From contig CBDBCZ010000019.1 of NCBI GenBank assembly GCA_965203295.1, positions 2,688,001 to 2,752,000 of the forward strand: a stretch of DNA of 64,000 bases, given 5' to 3'. The notes under the pieces are model-generated. The model ran no database searches. It was not told where the DNA came from and worked only from the letters and a program-made list of their open reading frames with translations. The position numbers were made by a program, and so were the translations under genes. The stretch comes from Nitrospirales bacterium. GTDB taxonomy: Bacteria > Nitrospirota > Nitrospiria > Nitrospirales > UBA8639. Positions 1 to 10,831 of the stretch are shown here, in pieces (position 1 is the stretch's first letter; each line of letters begins with the position of its first letter).

Positions 1-2112
1 ATATCAAACCCCACATTGGAACCAAGATCCACACCAAGATTTCTCGCGGCTTCATGTTCAACGGATACACCAATGAGCTTTTCGGAATCTTTAGGAAGTG
101 AAGTCCCCTCTTTTTCTGTCCACCATCGACCTTGCACAATTACATTTTCCTTGGGAAGACTTTTGAGAGCGGTGAGGACATATTCCCTCGTGAAGTACCA
201 ACCATTCCGCTTGCCTTTATGATCATCAGGATTGACCGAAACCCCATTCAAAGTCGCGAGTCGAAATCTGACGACAGGTCTCAGTTGATAATTGTCCATT
301 TTCAGTTTCCACCTGAATGATCCGCTCAAACTGAGACTTCTGATCAGGCTGAATGTCAACGAAGAAAAACGTGGGGGCTTGAGTTGGCATATGTTCCCCT
401 ATCGCTGTCAGCAGGGCCGATTTAATGAGTCCAATCGTCACAATGACCATCACCCCAATACCGATGGACACGATCATTCCCGTGACTTGGCTGCCCAGTC
501 GTTGGATATTCCCAATTGCCTGACGAAAGACAAAAGAATGCGATAAGAGCTGTCTTCCTCCACTCCCTTCAATAGCCTTTTTCGAATCATTCTTCTCGCT
601 TACGTGTCGCGGAACAGACCACGAAGTTGGTTTCGAATGTCGAGTGGTCGGCACCATAGAAAGTATCCGAAGCAGCAATTTGGCGGCTACCTGTAGGACC
701 ATCAAGGCCACCCCAAAGGCCAGGATGAACACAAGGCCTAACCACAAGGATCGGGCTTGCCAAATGGCGAGGCAGGTCAGACCAATGACCATGGTCAAAC
801 CAGTCACGACACGGTATCGGTCATGGAAAAATGCCCCGGCTTGTCCTCGAATTCTCTGATAGGCTGAGAGTGTGATGTGATTGGGTGGGGAGTGTTCCAC
901 CTCTCGCCGAAAGACAAGTGCGGGAGGAATATGTCGTATAGTCAGTAAAGGCCACAAGGTAAAGCATGCAGACGCGATGATTCCAAGGATAAAACCTTTC
1001 ACGATAGGATAGACAAACAAATCACTAGGCACGGGAAGAGGTAAAACATTTTTAAATAACACTGGGAGGACAACCTGGATACCCATCCCTAACCCTACTC
1101 CAATACAACTGCCGATTCCGGCCAGGAAGAGGCTTTGAAGCAGATAGGCCTTGATGATGATCTCCGTCTTGGCACCAATAGTTTTCAGGATGGCAATCGT
1201 CTGGATTTTTTGCGCGATGAACCCACGGACGGTGGCGGCTACACCAATTCCTCCAACAAACAACGAGGTTAGTCCGATCAACCCTAGATACATGGACAGC
1301 TGATCCAAAAAGCGACGAATGCGTGGTTGGGCATCACGATAGCTGGAGACCCTGATTCCTTCCTTGGCCAGACGCCCACGTAACTCTCCGAGAAGTGGGT
1401 TGACCGGCTGAGATTCCGGGAGTCGAAGCAGGTAACGCTCCAGAATACGACTGCCTGGCTTGACCAATTCAGTGGCTGCCAATGCCTCATGCGCAATGAT
1501 GACACGGGGCCCGAAACCAACCCCCAACGAGACCCTATCCGGTTCTTTCTGAAGTATCCCAGTGATAGAAAACACTTCCTGGCCAATCTTGATTTGGTTT
1601 CCCACCTGAACCCCGAGGCTGATCAGCAAGGATTCCTGGGCTAACGCTCCAAAACATGGTGAGTGAGGACAAGCATCATCCTGGAGATTCAAGGCATTCT
1701 GGAGATGTCCGGAAGGATCGCTTTCGACCTGCCCATAGAGTGGATACGTGGGTTCCACCACCTTCAGCTCCACTAGCTGCGTCGAGGTTCCCTTCTCTTG
1801 TGCTTGAGGATCTTTCTCAACCGTCGCTGCCATCACGACGAGTTCACGAACATGGGTCATGGTGATTCCACGCGTTGGAAGCGAATTCAAAACTGTTTCG
1901 ACCTTGGGACTGAGGAGGCGAGACGAGCGAATCTCAAGGTCTCCTCCTAATAAACTTCCTGCATCCTGATGAATGATGCCTTCCACATTCTCTGCAAAAA
2001 GTCCCACTCCCACGAGCGCTCCAACCCCTACTGCGATGCACACAAAAAAGAACACGAACCGTCCCCAACTGGCTCGAGACTCCCGCCATGCCAATTTCAT
2101 AGAAAACGACAT
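1..2112 (-). pseudogene. ybbP: YbbP-like ABC transporter permease (FtsX family), frameshifted near 290 and running off the left edge
   Basis: ORF 226..2112 has LAWRE..R, LLGGDL, YLGLIGLTSLFVGGIGV and FFFVDIQPDQ. Another frame below ~290 continues YQLRPVVRFRLATLNG...WYFTREYVLT...QGRWW, typical of the family. Adjacent to ybbA/tesA. Confidence 0.85.
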
Positions 2113-2134
2113 GAGTTTATTGTTTCTCTCTATT

Positions 2135-2405
2135 GGGGTGTTGAATCATTCAAACATTTCTCGATAGCAGGCGACCTCTGACACAAACGCTAAAGCGACA
2201 GAAGGAGCAGGGGCTGTTCAAAAAGGGCTCTCGCCTGCGCGAAGCCGCTTTCAGCCTCCGTAGCGACTTCCGCCTTCGACGAAGGAGGCTCGGCGGAGCC
2301 AGGTCCAGCAAGGCCGCAAGCAGCGAGGAGGACGAAGCGTACAAGTGAGTACGTTGAGGACTCCGAGCAATGAGAACGACGCTGGCGGCCTTTTTCAACA
2401 GCCCC
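2135..2405. mobile_element. MITE-like repeat, family A, copy 1
   Basis: Inverted repeats GGGGCTGTTCAAAAAGG (2210-2226) and CCTTTTTCAACAGCCCC (2389-2405) plus a 75-bp outer arm. Colinear with the reverse complement of 62873-63248. Confidence 0.8.
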
Positions 2406-2406
2406 T

Positions 2407-3069
2407 CTAATGATGATGAGACAATTCATCTGAAACAATTCGTCCATCCCGAAGCGTGACGACACGAGTAGCACGATTGGCAAGCGCGAGGTCGTGAGTG
2501 ACTAATACGAGGGTGCTCCCATGGTCTTGATTCAGCTTCAAGAGCAGCTCGATCACCAGCGCACCAGTCGTACTATCCAAATTTCCTGTCGGCTCATCAG
2601 CGAGAAGTAAGGGAGGATTGGCAGCAAATGCTCGCGCAACCGCGACCCTTTGCTGCTCTCCACTCGACAGTTGCACGGGATAATGGTCTTGACGATCTGC
2701 GAGGCCTACTCTTTCAAGAAGCTCGCATGCCCGTGGATGAGCTGATGGATCGCCATGCAATTCCAGGGGTAAGGCCACATTTTCTAGAGCGTTGAGGGTG
2801 GGGATTAAATGGAAGGCTTGAAAAATATAACCGATATATTGGCGACGAAAATCCGTCATTTCGTTTTCCGATAAGGTCGTCATTTCTTTCCCATTAAGGG
2901 ATATTGAACCCTGTGACGGCCGATCAAGACCTGCCAACAATCCCAGCAAGGTTGACTTCCCACTTCCCGAGGGACCCACGACGGCGACCACCTGCTTTTG
3001 AGGCACCTCAAATGAAATATCCTCCAGAATGATGACCTGGTGGCGTCCGGCCCAGAGCTGCATCGTCAA
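2407..3069 (-). CDS. ybbA: ABC transporter ATP-binding protein (YbbA/LolD-like); 5' end possibly clipped
   Basis: Walker A GPSGSGKS, signature LSSGEQQRV, ADEPTGNLD, VTHD. Confidence 0.9.
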   Translation of the reverse strand: MTMQLWAGRHQVIILEDISFEVPQKQVVAVVGPSGSGKSTLLGLLAGLDRPSQGSISLNGKEMTTLSENEMTDFRRQYIGYIFQAFHLIPTLNALENVALPLELHGDPSAHPRACELLERVGLADRQDHYPVQLSSGEQQRVAVARAFAANPPLLLADEPTGNLDSTTGALVIELLLKLNQDHGSTLVLVTHDLALANRATRVVTLRDGRIVSDELSHHH

Positions 3070-3073
3070 GATA

Positions 3074-3098
3074 GAAGGAGCATGGGCTGTTCAAAAAG
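3074..3098 (+). repeat. Fragment of the family A repeat end
   Basis: GAAGGAGCATGGGCTGTTCAAAAAG matches 2201-2225 at 24 of 25 positions. Confidence 0.65.
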
Positions 3099-3231
3099 CC
3101 ACATCATGGAAATAACCAGCCTCTTCAGCCTATTATACGGTATGTCTGTGAAAAAGTTTGTCTTCAACCATCACAAAAATGAATTCGCCCTCTTGCACCA
3201 AGGTTTATCCCTTTACCATAAACTCCATAAC

Positions 3232-4008
3232 ATGGTGCGAGCATCGAGACCCCATTGTCTGAGAGCCAACCTGGGAGTTTGCTTTCTCGTACTCCTTGTG
3301 CTGTGTAGCTGTGACGGTCAGTCGGAGGGACAACGTTCTTCAAATGACTCCAAGATAGCCGTATCAACTGCTAACCCTATTGTTTCTCCTCAAAAAACCG
3401 AACTTTCGAAAACAAGTCTTTCCAGAGAACATGATCGTGACATTCCACGAATTGTCGCATTCGGTGACAGCCTCACAGCGGGCTTTGGAGTTTCCTCTGA
3501 AGAGTCTTACCCCTCTCACCTGCAACGGCTTTTGGACAAGGCTGGCTATCGATACAAAGTCATTAATGCCGGCGTGAGTGGGGAGACCACAGCAGGAGGC
3601 CTTCGGCGTCTCCCTTGGGTTCTGAAGAGTCACCCGAAAATTGTGATATTGGAATTGGGGGCAAACGATGGATTACGTGGCCATCCGCTCAAGGAAACCT
3701 ATGCCAATTTGGAGCAGATCGTGCAGGGATTACAACAGGCTGACGTTCAGGTGGTGTTGGCTGGGATGAAAATGCCCCCAAATTATGGCCTGGACTACAC
3801 AACAGAATTTGAATCGATGTACGAACAGCTCGCGAGACAATACCGCGTCACCTTGGTCCCGTTTTTTCTAGATGGGGTTGCCGCTCAGCCCGAATTCAAT
3901 CAAGCCGACGGACTCCATCCGACAGGAGAGGGATACCAGATCATTGTGCAAAATATGATGCCAATTTTAGAACCTCTCCTCCTCGCTCGAGACAGAGAAG
4001 GAGCATGA
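3232..4008 (+). CDS. tesA: Arylesterase / acyl-CoA thioesterase I (GDSL/SGNH hydrolase), probable lipoprotein
   Basis: FGDSLTAG, NAGVSGETT, ELGANDG and DGLHP motifs; hydrophobic stretch ending LCSC; start chosen at ATG 3232. Confidence 0.9.
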   Translation: MVRASRPHCLRANLGVCFLVLLVLCSCDGQSEGQRSSNDSKIAVSTANPIVSPQKTELSKTSLSREHDRDIPRIVAFGDSLTAGFGVSSEESYPSHLQRLLDKAGYRYKVINAGVSGETTAGGLRRLPWVLKSHPKIVILELGANDGLRGHPLKETYANLEQIVQGLQQADVQVVLAGMKMPPNYGLDYTTEFESMYEQLARQYRVTLVPFFLDGVAAQPEFNQADGLHPTGEGYQIIVQNMMPILEPLLLARDREGA

Positions 4009-4041
4009 GTTGACTGTTGAAGGCTCTCCCTTAATTGGTCT

Positions 4042-4710
4042 CTAGGGCGATCCGACTTTTTCGAATGATTCATGCAAACTCGCCCAAAAATACCACGACG
4101 CAATCGTCCGATAAGGTTTCCAGGGACTGCCAATCTCCAGGATTTGCTCTGGACCAGGGAAGTCATGCAGTCCGTACCACCGCTTAATAGCTTTTTGAAT
4201 CCCAAGATCTCCCCTTGGAAGGACATCTTCTCGATTTAATGAAAAAATCAGAAACATTTCCGCCGTCCATCTTCCGATTCCACGAACAGAGACTAAATCA
4301 TTCACAATATTTTCATCTCTTTGCCGCTCTTTGCCGCCACAGGCGGTGAGACACGATTCGCCCTTCCATGAAACCCTTGGCTAAATACTTTAAATACCAG
4401 ACCTTCTGTCTGGAAATTCCCACTGCCCGAAATGTGTCCTCTGTCAGGTGGAGGACACGTTGGGGATTGGGTCGCCTATTGGGGAACAGAGCTTGGAATC
4501 GACCAAAGAGAACACGGGCGACGTGAACTGAAATTTGTTGAGAGATGATGGAATCACAAAGAACTGCAAAGTAATTCCGACGAGGCGTCAAAGTACAATC
4601 ACCTATCACAGAAACGAGCTCTCTCATGACCGGATCCCTTTTGGCCAAAACCTGGAAGCCTTTCGAAATCCTGGCACTGCGCTCTCGTTATCGAGATTCA
4701 ATAAAGCCAT
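4042..4710 (-). pseudogene. alkA: DNA-3-methyladenine glycosylase II (AlkA/HhH-GPD), two frameshifts
   Basis: SIISQQIS, GISRQK, GIGRWTAEMFLIF and WKPYRT motifs; 10-nt duplication at 4318-4337; apparent 1-nt loss in the T-run at 4647-4650. Confidence 0.85.
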
Positions 4711-4740
4711 GAGAAACCATGACGGCTTCTGTAGTCGTTT

Positions 4741-4989
4741 TTAGGACTCTTCTAACTGGGAATGCGTTCCGTCACAAAAGGGTGGTTTCTTCGTATGTTT
4801 ACATCCGCACCAAGCCACTTTCTTCTTTTCTGTGAATTCGACCTCAACAGGTGAATATTCTGTCCCTGTATGTGATCCATCACAAAACGGTTGGGTTTTC
4901 GACCGCCCACATCGACACCAATAATATTTCCCTGGTTCCATCTCCATGACATACGGCGATCGCTGAGGAATAACAATAGGATTTCCCAT
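4741..4989 (-). CDS. CDGSH iron-sulfur domain protein (two domains)
   Basis: WCRCGRSKTQPFCDGSH and WCGCKHTKKPPFCDGTH. Confidence 0.95.
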   Translation of the reverse strand: MGNPIVIPQRSPYVMEMEPGKYYWCRCGRSKTQPFCDGSHTGTEYSPVEVEFTEKKKVAWCGCKHTKKPPFCDGTHSQLEES

Positions 4990-5101
4990 ACCTGCCTCCT
5001 ACTTAATGATCATGATAAGTCCACTCGTCTCAATCAATTCGCTAATTCACACTGCAAACTTGTTCGTCGAAACAATAGAATCGAGGTTCAGCTTTCTCCA
5101 A

Positions 5102-6058
5102 TCACCCACACCGACGCTGTGGTCCACGTGGTCCCAAGGGTGTTAGCCAAATATAGTCAGCGATCCTGTCTTTTATCGCTTGACGAACCTCTTCTTGTCG
5201 GTTGAGATCCAACGCAATCAGATACACGGTCACGCTCTTAACGGGACGCAAGGATTGGCGCTCTACGCGGTTGGGGATCGGCAGACGGTATTGGATATGA
5301 CCACCCCCAGTATAACTCACCACAAGACCAGAAGAGTCCCCCTTGGTCTTGAGATAATCTACAATAACTCTGGCCATCCCCTCATCCTTAAAAATTGACG
5401 CCTCATAAAACCGTTGATAGGCCTTTTTTGGCATACCTGGATGGCACTTCTCAATCTGTTCAAATAGCACGCGATAGTACTCGGGATCATCCAAAGAAAT
5501 TGGGAAATCCATGCCCCATTTTCCCATCTCTGGCGATTTCTGAGCTTGCGCTAACCCTTGACGGGCAACCATCCGAACCAGGGAGCGTGGCGGATTCAGA
5601 GCGAAAAGCGAAAAGTTAGTCAATTTGGCCAAATTGACTAACTTTTCGTAATTATCGAAATCTCCATCCCAATTCTGATCCCAAAGAGATTCTTGAAGGA
5701 ATTGCTCAGAAGTCGTAATGTCTCCTTTCAAATACTGATCAATGCCTTCTTGCCCATCCCAGCTAAACATTTCCATAGCTAAGACAGGATTTCTTTCATT
5801 TTTTAGAAGCATGTCGATGATTTGAATAGCCGTTTGAATATGAGAAGGGGTGTAATGTTCTTCCCCAATATACACAACTTGCGCATTGAGAAGTGGAGGC
5901 TTCATCTCCTCAAAGGAGATGGCTTTGCCTGTTTCCAGATCAAATATTTGCCCCTCTTGGAATTGGTCAAGCGGGTGTGAAACTGCCTGAGCACACCCGA
6001 CTAATCCAATAACAAGCCACACATGCAATAATAAAGAAATGATGAAGCCACGTTTCAT
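5102..6058 (-). CDS. ChaN-family (PhuW-like heme-uptake) lipoprotein
   Basis: Lipobox LVGC; VYIGEEH, LAMEMF, KDEGMA and GGGH motifs. Confidence 0.8.
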   Translation of the reverse strand: MKRGFIISLLLHVWLVIGLVGCAQAVSHPLDQFQEGQIFDLETGKAISFEEMKPPLLNAQVVYIGEEHYTPSHIQTAIQIIDMLLKNERNPVLAMEMFSWDGQEGIDQYLKGDITTSEQFLQESLWDQNWDGDFDNYEKLVNLAKLTNFSLFALNPPRSLVRMVARQGLAQAQKSPEMGKWGMDFPISLDDPEYYRVLFEQIEKCHPGMPKKAYQRFYEASIFKDEGMARVIVDYLKTKGDSSGLVVSYTGGGHIQYRLPIPNRVERQSLRPVKSVTVYLIALDLNRQEEVRQAIKDRIADYIWLTPLGPRGPQRRCG

Positions 6059-6244
6059 GATGAATCCGACCGTTTCGTTCAAGGGACTGTTGAATAATTA
6101 CAAAATTCTCATAGTGGCGTTCACATATGACCTACCTAATGAACCTCCAAGAGCAACAGGGAATGTACTAATACCAGGTCGCCGACCGCAACCCAACACT
6201 CTCTCTTGCTTGACGCAAAGAAACCCCATCACTACCCTGCCCCT

Positions 6245-7624
6245 ATGACCGAATCATCAAAATATCCTGAACAAAACATTTTACCCACCCAAGGCTCTGG
6301 AGAATTGATCAAGTTTAGGAACCAGGTCAAACAGATGCGTGAGGCGGATCGGAATGCATGGGAAGCATCTCGGAAGTTGGTTGCCCCTCAACAGCTGCCG
6401 GAGACACTCACACAGTTAGTCCAAGCCATTCACAAATCCTGGCTCTCATCCTCACTTCAAGCGCTCCTGATGAAGGGCTTGGGTGAAGGACGATCGCAGC
6501 GAACACAGAACCTTGACTCATCTGTCCTTAAAGAATTCACAGGGCTCCCCACCACAAAAGCGCTGCGCGCCTTGTGCGTAGTTTTCAGCATAGGGCCCCT
6601 GAGATCTCATCTGGAATCCCCTTCTGCACTCACCCCTTCACAGGTCGAAGAATATCTCAATGCTTCCTCTAATCCTTATGACCTCCTCCTGCAGTCCACG
6701 ATGCCTTCATTATTGGACTTAGGTGCAGGCGATCTCTCCTTTCAGCAGGAATTGGTGGATCAATTTCTTCCCCTTCTCGAACCGCAACAAAAGATATTGA
6801 CACTGCACGCTTTAGATCGCTTGCAACCGGGGTCGCAGTTTGGAGGGGTGTACCACACCAGCTCAGAGCGAGTGAAACAACTCAAAGAGTACCCTTCCAC
6901 CAACCTTCGTTTCCAGTTTTGGGGTGGCATTGACATGATGAATCTTTCTCCCATTAAAGGGCTTTTACCCACATACACGATCGTGTCCTGTCACGCCCCA
7001 GCCACACCCACCTTTGCCTTTGAACCCTCACGGGTCTCTCGAACAACCATTACGGAAACATTGAAACGAACAAAAGGTGAGTTTCGACTTACCAAAGTTC
7101 AGGGAGAGCAAGCCTTAGAAGTCCAGCATCGGGGCCGGGTTCTGACCTTCCCGGATTGGAAATTCGAAATTCATGGTCCACTAGCCTTGTTCGATCTTCT
7201 GACAAATCGGGGGCAGCTTTGCGTGTTGTCAGCTATTGACGGCGAAGTGTTTTGGGAAATGCTTGCCCAGCTACTGGAGGATGACCGCTTTCGTCCTCAA
7301 GACCTGGAATTTAATCAAGAAGCCCTTCTCCAAATCTTCGGGTCTTTATTCCACGAGTTAGAAAAGCTCCCCATCGGACAAAGGATGCCATTGGCAGACT
7401 TCGGACAATTGCGAAAATACATGCCCGCGGTGCTTCATCCCACCACTCGTCGTTTTCGATTCAGGTATGTTGAGATTCGCCGTGGAGGGCTATTAGAAGG
7501 CATCCCCAGCAGTTTTACTGCTCGCCAATTTGCGGAGATGAACGAGGAATCCACACCGTGGTGGCTTATCCTGGTACCGGAATCGATCCCGTTTCCTAAA
7601 CAAATACATGAAGAGGAAGGGTGA
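6245..7624 (+). CDS. Hypothetical protein with a class I SAM-binding-like motif
   Basis: Long ORF; LLDLGAGDLSF followed by LHALD. Confidence 0.7.
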   Translation: MTESSKYPEQNILPTQGSGELIKFRNQVKQMREADRNAWEASRKLVAPQQLPETLTQLVQAIHKSWLSSSLQALLMKGLGEGRSQRTQNLDSSVLKEFTGLPTTKALRALCVVFSIGPLRSHLESPSALTPSQVEEYLNASSNPYDLLLQSTMPSLLDLGAGDLSFQQELVDQFLPLLEPQQKILTLHALDRLQPGSQFGGVYHTSSERVKQLKEYPSTNLRFQFWGGIDMMNLSPIKGLLPTYTIVSCHAPATPTFAFEPSRVSRTTITETLKRTKGEFRLTKVQGEQALEVQHRGRVLTFPDWKFEIHGPLALFDLLTNRGQLCVLSAIDGEVFWEMLAQLLEDDRFRPQDLEFNQEALLQIFGSLFHELEKLPIGQRMPLADFGQLRKYMPAVLHPTTRRFRFRYVEIRRGGLLEGIPSSFTARQFAEMNEESTPWWLILVPESIPFPKQIHEEEG

Positions 7625-7993
7625 AAAGGATTCGATCCCTAAAGGCGAATCTCATCTGCTCAAACCAACCATCATGCAGTCAATATACCATTTTCAACAT
7701 CCACATCGCTTTGAAACCCTTCCAAACACATTCACAACAGACCACTGATGTCGGGCCTTGGCTAACCAAGCTAATGCTCTTAACACGATTGGAGGAGCAG
7801 CTTGATCAAGAGGTTGCGGCTGTGTTAAGGATTTGCCTCTTCCCGGTGTGGCGTAGTGATATAACTCCTAAGAATCTCCATAAAATCAGGAACTGACAGA
7901 ATTCTTCCCAATTCAAACAACCTCAAGGCATCAAACATTTACTAACGTTTGTGCAACAACGCCACAATGGCGTTTTCGCGAAGGAGCCGATTC

Positions 7994-8714
7994 ATGCCCA
8001 CTGTATTCAGAATAACACTGGCTATTTTTCTTATTATTGGTGCAGCAGGATGTGCCAAGACTCAACAGGCCCAGCACGTCATGAGAACAGGATTTATTGA
8101 AGATTATTCCATTCTCCAAAAAGGAGAAAAAGACGAGGCACTTTGGAAGTATAAAAATCCGATTGCCGATTGGAGAAAATATCATAAAGTTATGGAGAAA
8201 ATATCATAAAGTTATGGTTGAGCCCATCCAATTCTGGGTGGGAAAGAGTTCCCCTTTACACGACATCCCGCGAGAATAACTCTTTCGTTTGACCTCGCTT
8301 CTCCAGGGGAAAGTCCAGGACGCATTAATGGCTGATTACCGAATTGTCCGTAAGCCAGGCCCTCACGTCATGCGCGTTGAAGTCGCCCTCACTGAAGCCG
8401 AAACCTCTGAGGTTCACTTAGATACCATCTCCAGCATCCTTCCGACAGGGTATATATTCTCCGGTACGAAGTCTCTCTCGACAGGAACAGGAACCTTTAT
8501 GGGATCCTCCAGCGCTGAAGTCAAGATTACTGATGCACAGCTTGGCATCCTCTTAGCTGCGGCTGTGGATCGACGGGCAGAGGCAAAAAACATATCCGGA
8601 TCGACATCCGAATGGGACGATGTGGAAGAAGCCTTTGAATACTGGTCTCATATGATGCGTTATCGTCTATGTCAATGGCGCGGTGAACATAGTTGTGAAA
8701 AACCCAAGGCTTAA
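7994..8714 (+). pseudogene. DUF3313-family lipoprotein, disrupted
   Basis: Lipobox AAGC, TGFIEDYS, YHKVMVEPI, E.KITDA...LAAAVDRR; 22-nt duplication at 8171-8214 and in-frame TAA at 8277. Confidence 0.8.
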
Positions 8715-8822
8715 CCCTACTGACGTCAGCAAACCAAGCTCCATAAATGGTGTCAAGTCAAGGAATGACCCCAATCCTCATATTCCCCATTGCCGTCTGG
8801 ATCACTCGCTAAGCCTTTTTCA

Positions 8823-9221
8823 TCAGGAAAGGGTCGAGACGAGAACGGCATCAATGATGCGTTGATCCTCAGTGAGCAAGGTTGCACCGAGGACATGTGC
8901 TGAAGCCACAATAATCCGGTCAGCCGGATCGCGATGGAACCAGGAGGGAAGCGCAGCTACCTCTGCTGCAACAGCAGGAGAGATACCAAAGCACTGCACG
9001 AGCGGTGGTGCGGCCGCGGCTTCTAGCCAATCACGCAAAGGAAGGTGAAGCTGGATTCGACCAAGATTATAAAGTGTCGCGATTTCCCACAAGCTAATAT
9101 CAGAAAGCCAAAGTGGATCCTCTGGACCGGCTTTCCGGATAACTCGCTTGTGTGTTGTTGAGAGGCGGGGATCTGAACTAAGCCACCGAAGCAGGACATG
9201 GGTATCAAGCAGGGCTTTCAC
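8823..9221 (-). CDS. vapC: PIN-domain (VapC) toxin
   Basis: LLDTHVLL, ISLWEI, HRDPADRII, LLTED; GTGA overlap with the antitoxin stop. Confidence 0.92.
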   Translation of the reverse strand: MKALLDTHVLLRWLSSDPRLSTTHKRVIRKAGPEDPLWLSDISLWEIATLYNLGRIQLHLPLRDWLEAAAAPPLVQCFGISPAVAAEVAALPSWFHRDPADRIIVASAHVLGATLLTEDQRIIDAVLVSTLS

Positions 9222-9466
9222 TTCTTGCCCTTTTTCTCGGCCTCCCATACCTGAGGAGAAAGAACGGGTTCCACAATATCACCGATGATCTCCACGGTCC
9301 CCACTAGCCTCTCTTGCGGATACCGTCCGGCCCTAGACACGTGCGGGATCACCTGAGCCACTGGTTTTCCCCGTTTAAGAATGGTCACAGGTTGGCCTGT
9401 TGTAGCGACTTCATCCAAGATCGCTAAGCATTTGGCTTTGAACTCGGAGGCAGGTATTTCTTTCAT
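9218..9466 (-). CDS. Phd/YefM-family antitoxin
   Basis: ASEFKAKCLAILDEV...TILKRGKPVA. Confidence 0.92.
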   Translation of the reverse strand: MKEIPASEFKAKCLAILDEVATTGQPVTILKRGKPVAQVIPHVSRAGRYPQERLVGTVEIIGDIVEPVLSPQVWEAEKKGKK

Positions 9467-9501
9467 ATGACTAGTCTAAATGACTAGTCATAGACTGTCA
9501 A
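9467..9501 (-). promoter_or_regulatory. Sigma70 promoter with two palindromic operators for the TA operon
   Basis: TTGACA (9501-9496), 17 nt, TAGACT (9478-9473), 6 nt, then ATG; ATGACTAGTCAT at 9480-9491 and ATGACTAGTCTA at 9467-9478. Confidence 0.8.
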
Positions 9502-9810
9502 TGCAGGAAACTGAAAGATAGGCACAGAATGCAGGAGCTTCCAAGAAAAAGGGCACGACCCTGAAGCCTCTCCACAATAAAAAACTATCTCTAGCTCTGA
9601 CTCTTTATCCTAGCCCTTCGTCGTAGCAGATTTGTGAATATGCAATACTAGACTTCTCACTGTTACTATTCCGGCAACCGAGCATATCTTCCCAGGCCAG
9701 TCAAAGCGAATCTGGTTGACGGTTTGACATGGCCTTGATAGAGTCGAATTGAACTCGCCAAAAGTTTCGAGTTGCCACACAGCGAGAAGGCACGACATGA
9801 AAGGCACGAC

Positions 9811-10092
9811 ATGATTGGAACAGAGCATCATTATATTGTGCGGGATGAGAAAATCCTTCATGGAGAACCGATCATCCGCGGGACGCGGACTTCTATGCGT
9901 GCGATTGTTGAGTACTGGAGACTTGGGATTGCACCGGAAGAGATTCCTACCCACCTTCCCCACCTGACACTCGGTCAAGTGTTCGATGCCTTAAGCTATT
10001 ACGCTGACCATCAAGAAGAGATTCAGACCTATCTTGAGCGAAACGCCGTGCCCGATGCTCTCACCCATCCGGCAGGGCGTCCGGATGCCTGA
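9811..10092 (+). CDS. DUF433 antitoxin-like protein
   Basis: IVRDEKILHGEPIIRGTR...EEI...PHL..GQVFDALSYY. Confidence 0.88.
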   Translation: MIGTEHHYIVRDEKILHGEPIIRGTRTSMRAIVEYWRLGIAPEEIPTHLPHLTLGQVFDALSYYADHQEEIQTYLERNAVPDALTHPAGRPDA

Positions 10093-10328
10093 CATTCCTG
10101 GCGTGTCGAGCGAAACTGAGTCGGCCTAAGTGAATCGCATTCGCACCCCAGCGTCCTTAGCGTGCGACGGTAGGGATGGCGCATTCTTGTACTCACGGCA
10201 GGCTGGTGGCTCTCTAACACATTCGTTCACGGCGTGCTTGAGGTAGTCAAAAACAGTTGGAGAAAATACAGGTCTATCTAGGTTAAAGGTCACCTCTTCC
10301 CACTATTTCCGCAGTGTGCCTGGAACCC

Positions 10329-10492
10329 TGCTTTCCCAGGGGCTCCGCCCCTAGGACGGTCCAAACGACAGGACATTTAACCTATCGAAGGGGAAACATC
10401 CCCTTCGAGCATTCCCTGGACAATGAGATAGTCCCCTCACAGACTCCCCACGAAAGGGGCACACCCCTTTCGAAATCCCCGGTCGTGGTTTC
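10329..10492 (+). repeat. Hairpin-rich repeat module (family C) downstream of tRNA-Gly
   Basis: TGCTTTCCCAGGGGCTCCGCCCCTAGGACGG...TCGAAGGGG..CCCCTTCGAGCAT also occurs inverted at ~63000-63090. Confidence 0.7.
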
Positions 10493-10521
10493 AAATCCTC
10501 TGAAACTCTTTAGTCGAGGTT

Positions 10522-10596
10522 TGGAGCGGGAAAGGGGATTTGAACCCCCGACCCTCGCCTTGGCAAGACGATGCTCTACCACTGAGCTATTCCCGC
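10522..10596 (-). tRNA. tRNA-Gly (GCC)
   Basis: GCGGGAATAGCTCAGTGGTAGAGCATCGTCTTGCCAAGGCGAGGGTCGGGGGTTCAAATCCCCTTTCCCGCTCCA folds as a cloverleaf with encoded CCA. Confidence 0.97.
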
Positions 10597-10618
10597 TCTT
10601 AGAATAGTTGGTCTTTGA

Positions 10619-10648
10619 ATTCTAGTAGTGGCTCTTGAGCAGTGTCAA
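10619..10648 (-). promoter_or_regulatory. Sigma70 promoter of tRNA-Gly
   Basis: TTGACA-18 nt-TAGAAT just upstream; the -35 lies inside a 22-nt tandem duplication (10643-10686). Confidence 0.6.
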
Positions 10649-10831
10649 GAAATCTTTCATTCATTGTCAAGAAATCTTTCATTCATTTATTTAATACAGA
10701 AGGGGAAAGGGTAAAAAAATTGTTTTTCCTTGAGAATTGCCATCCTTCCTCTCTAAACTTAGTCAAATAAAAAGCGCGAGAATGATGACTAGGTGTCTTT
10801 GTAGGCGAAAGAGGCCTAAATCAATAGTTTA

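Noticed and set aside
7600..10521. Intact integrative element or prophage at tRNA-Gly
   Set aside because: I found no integrase and no duplicated tRNA 3' end in the window.
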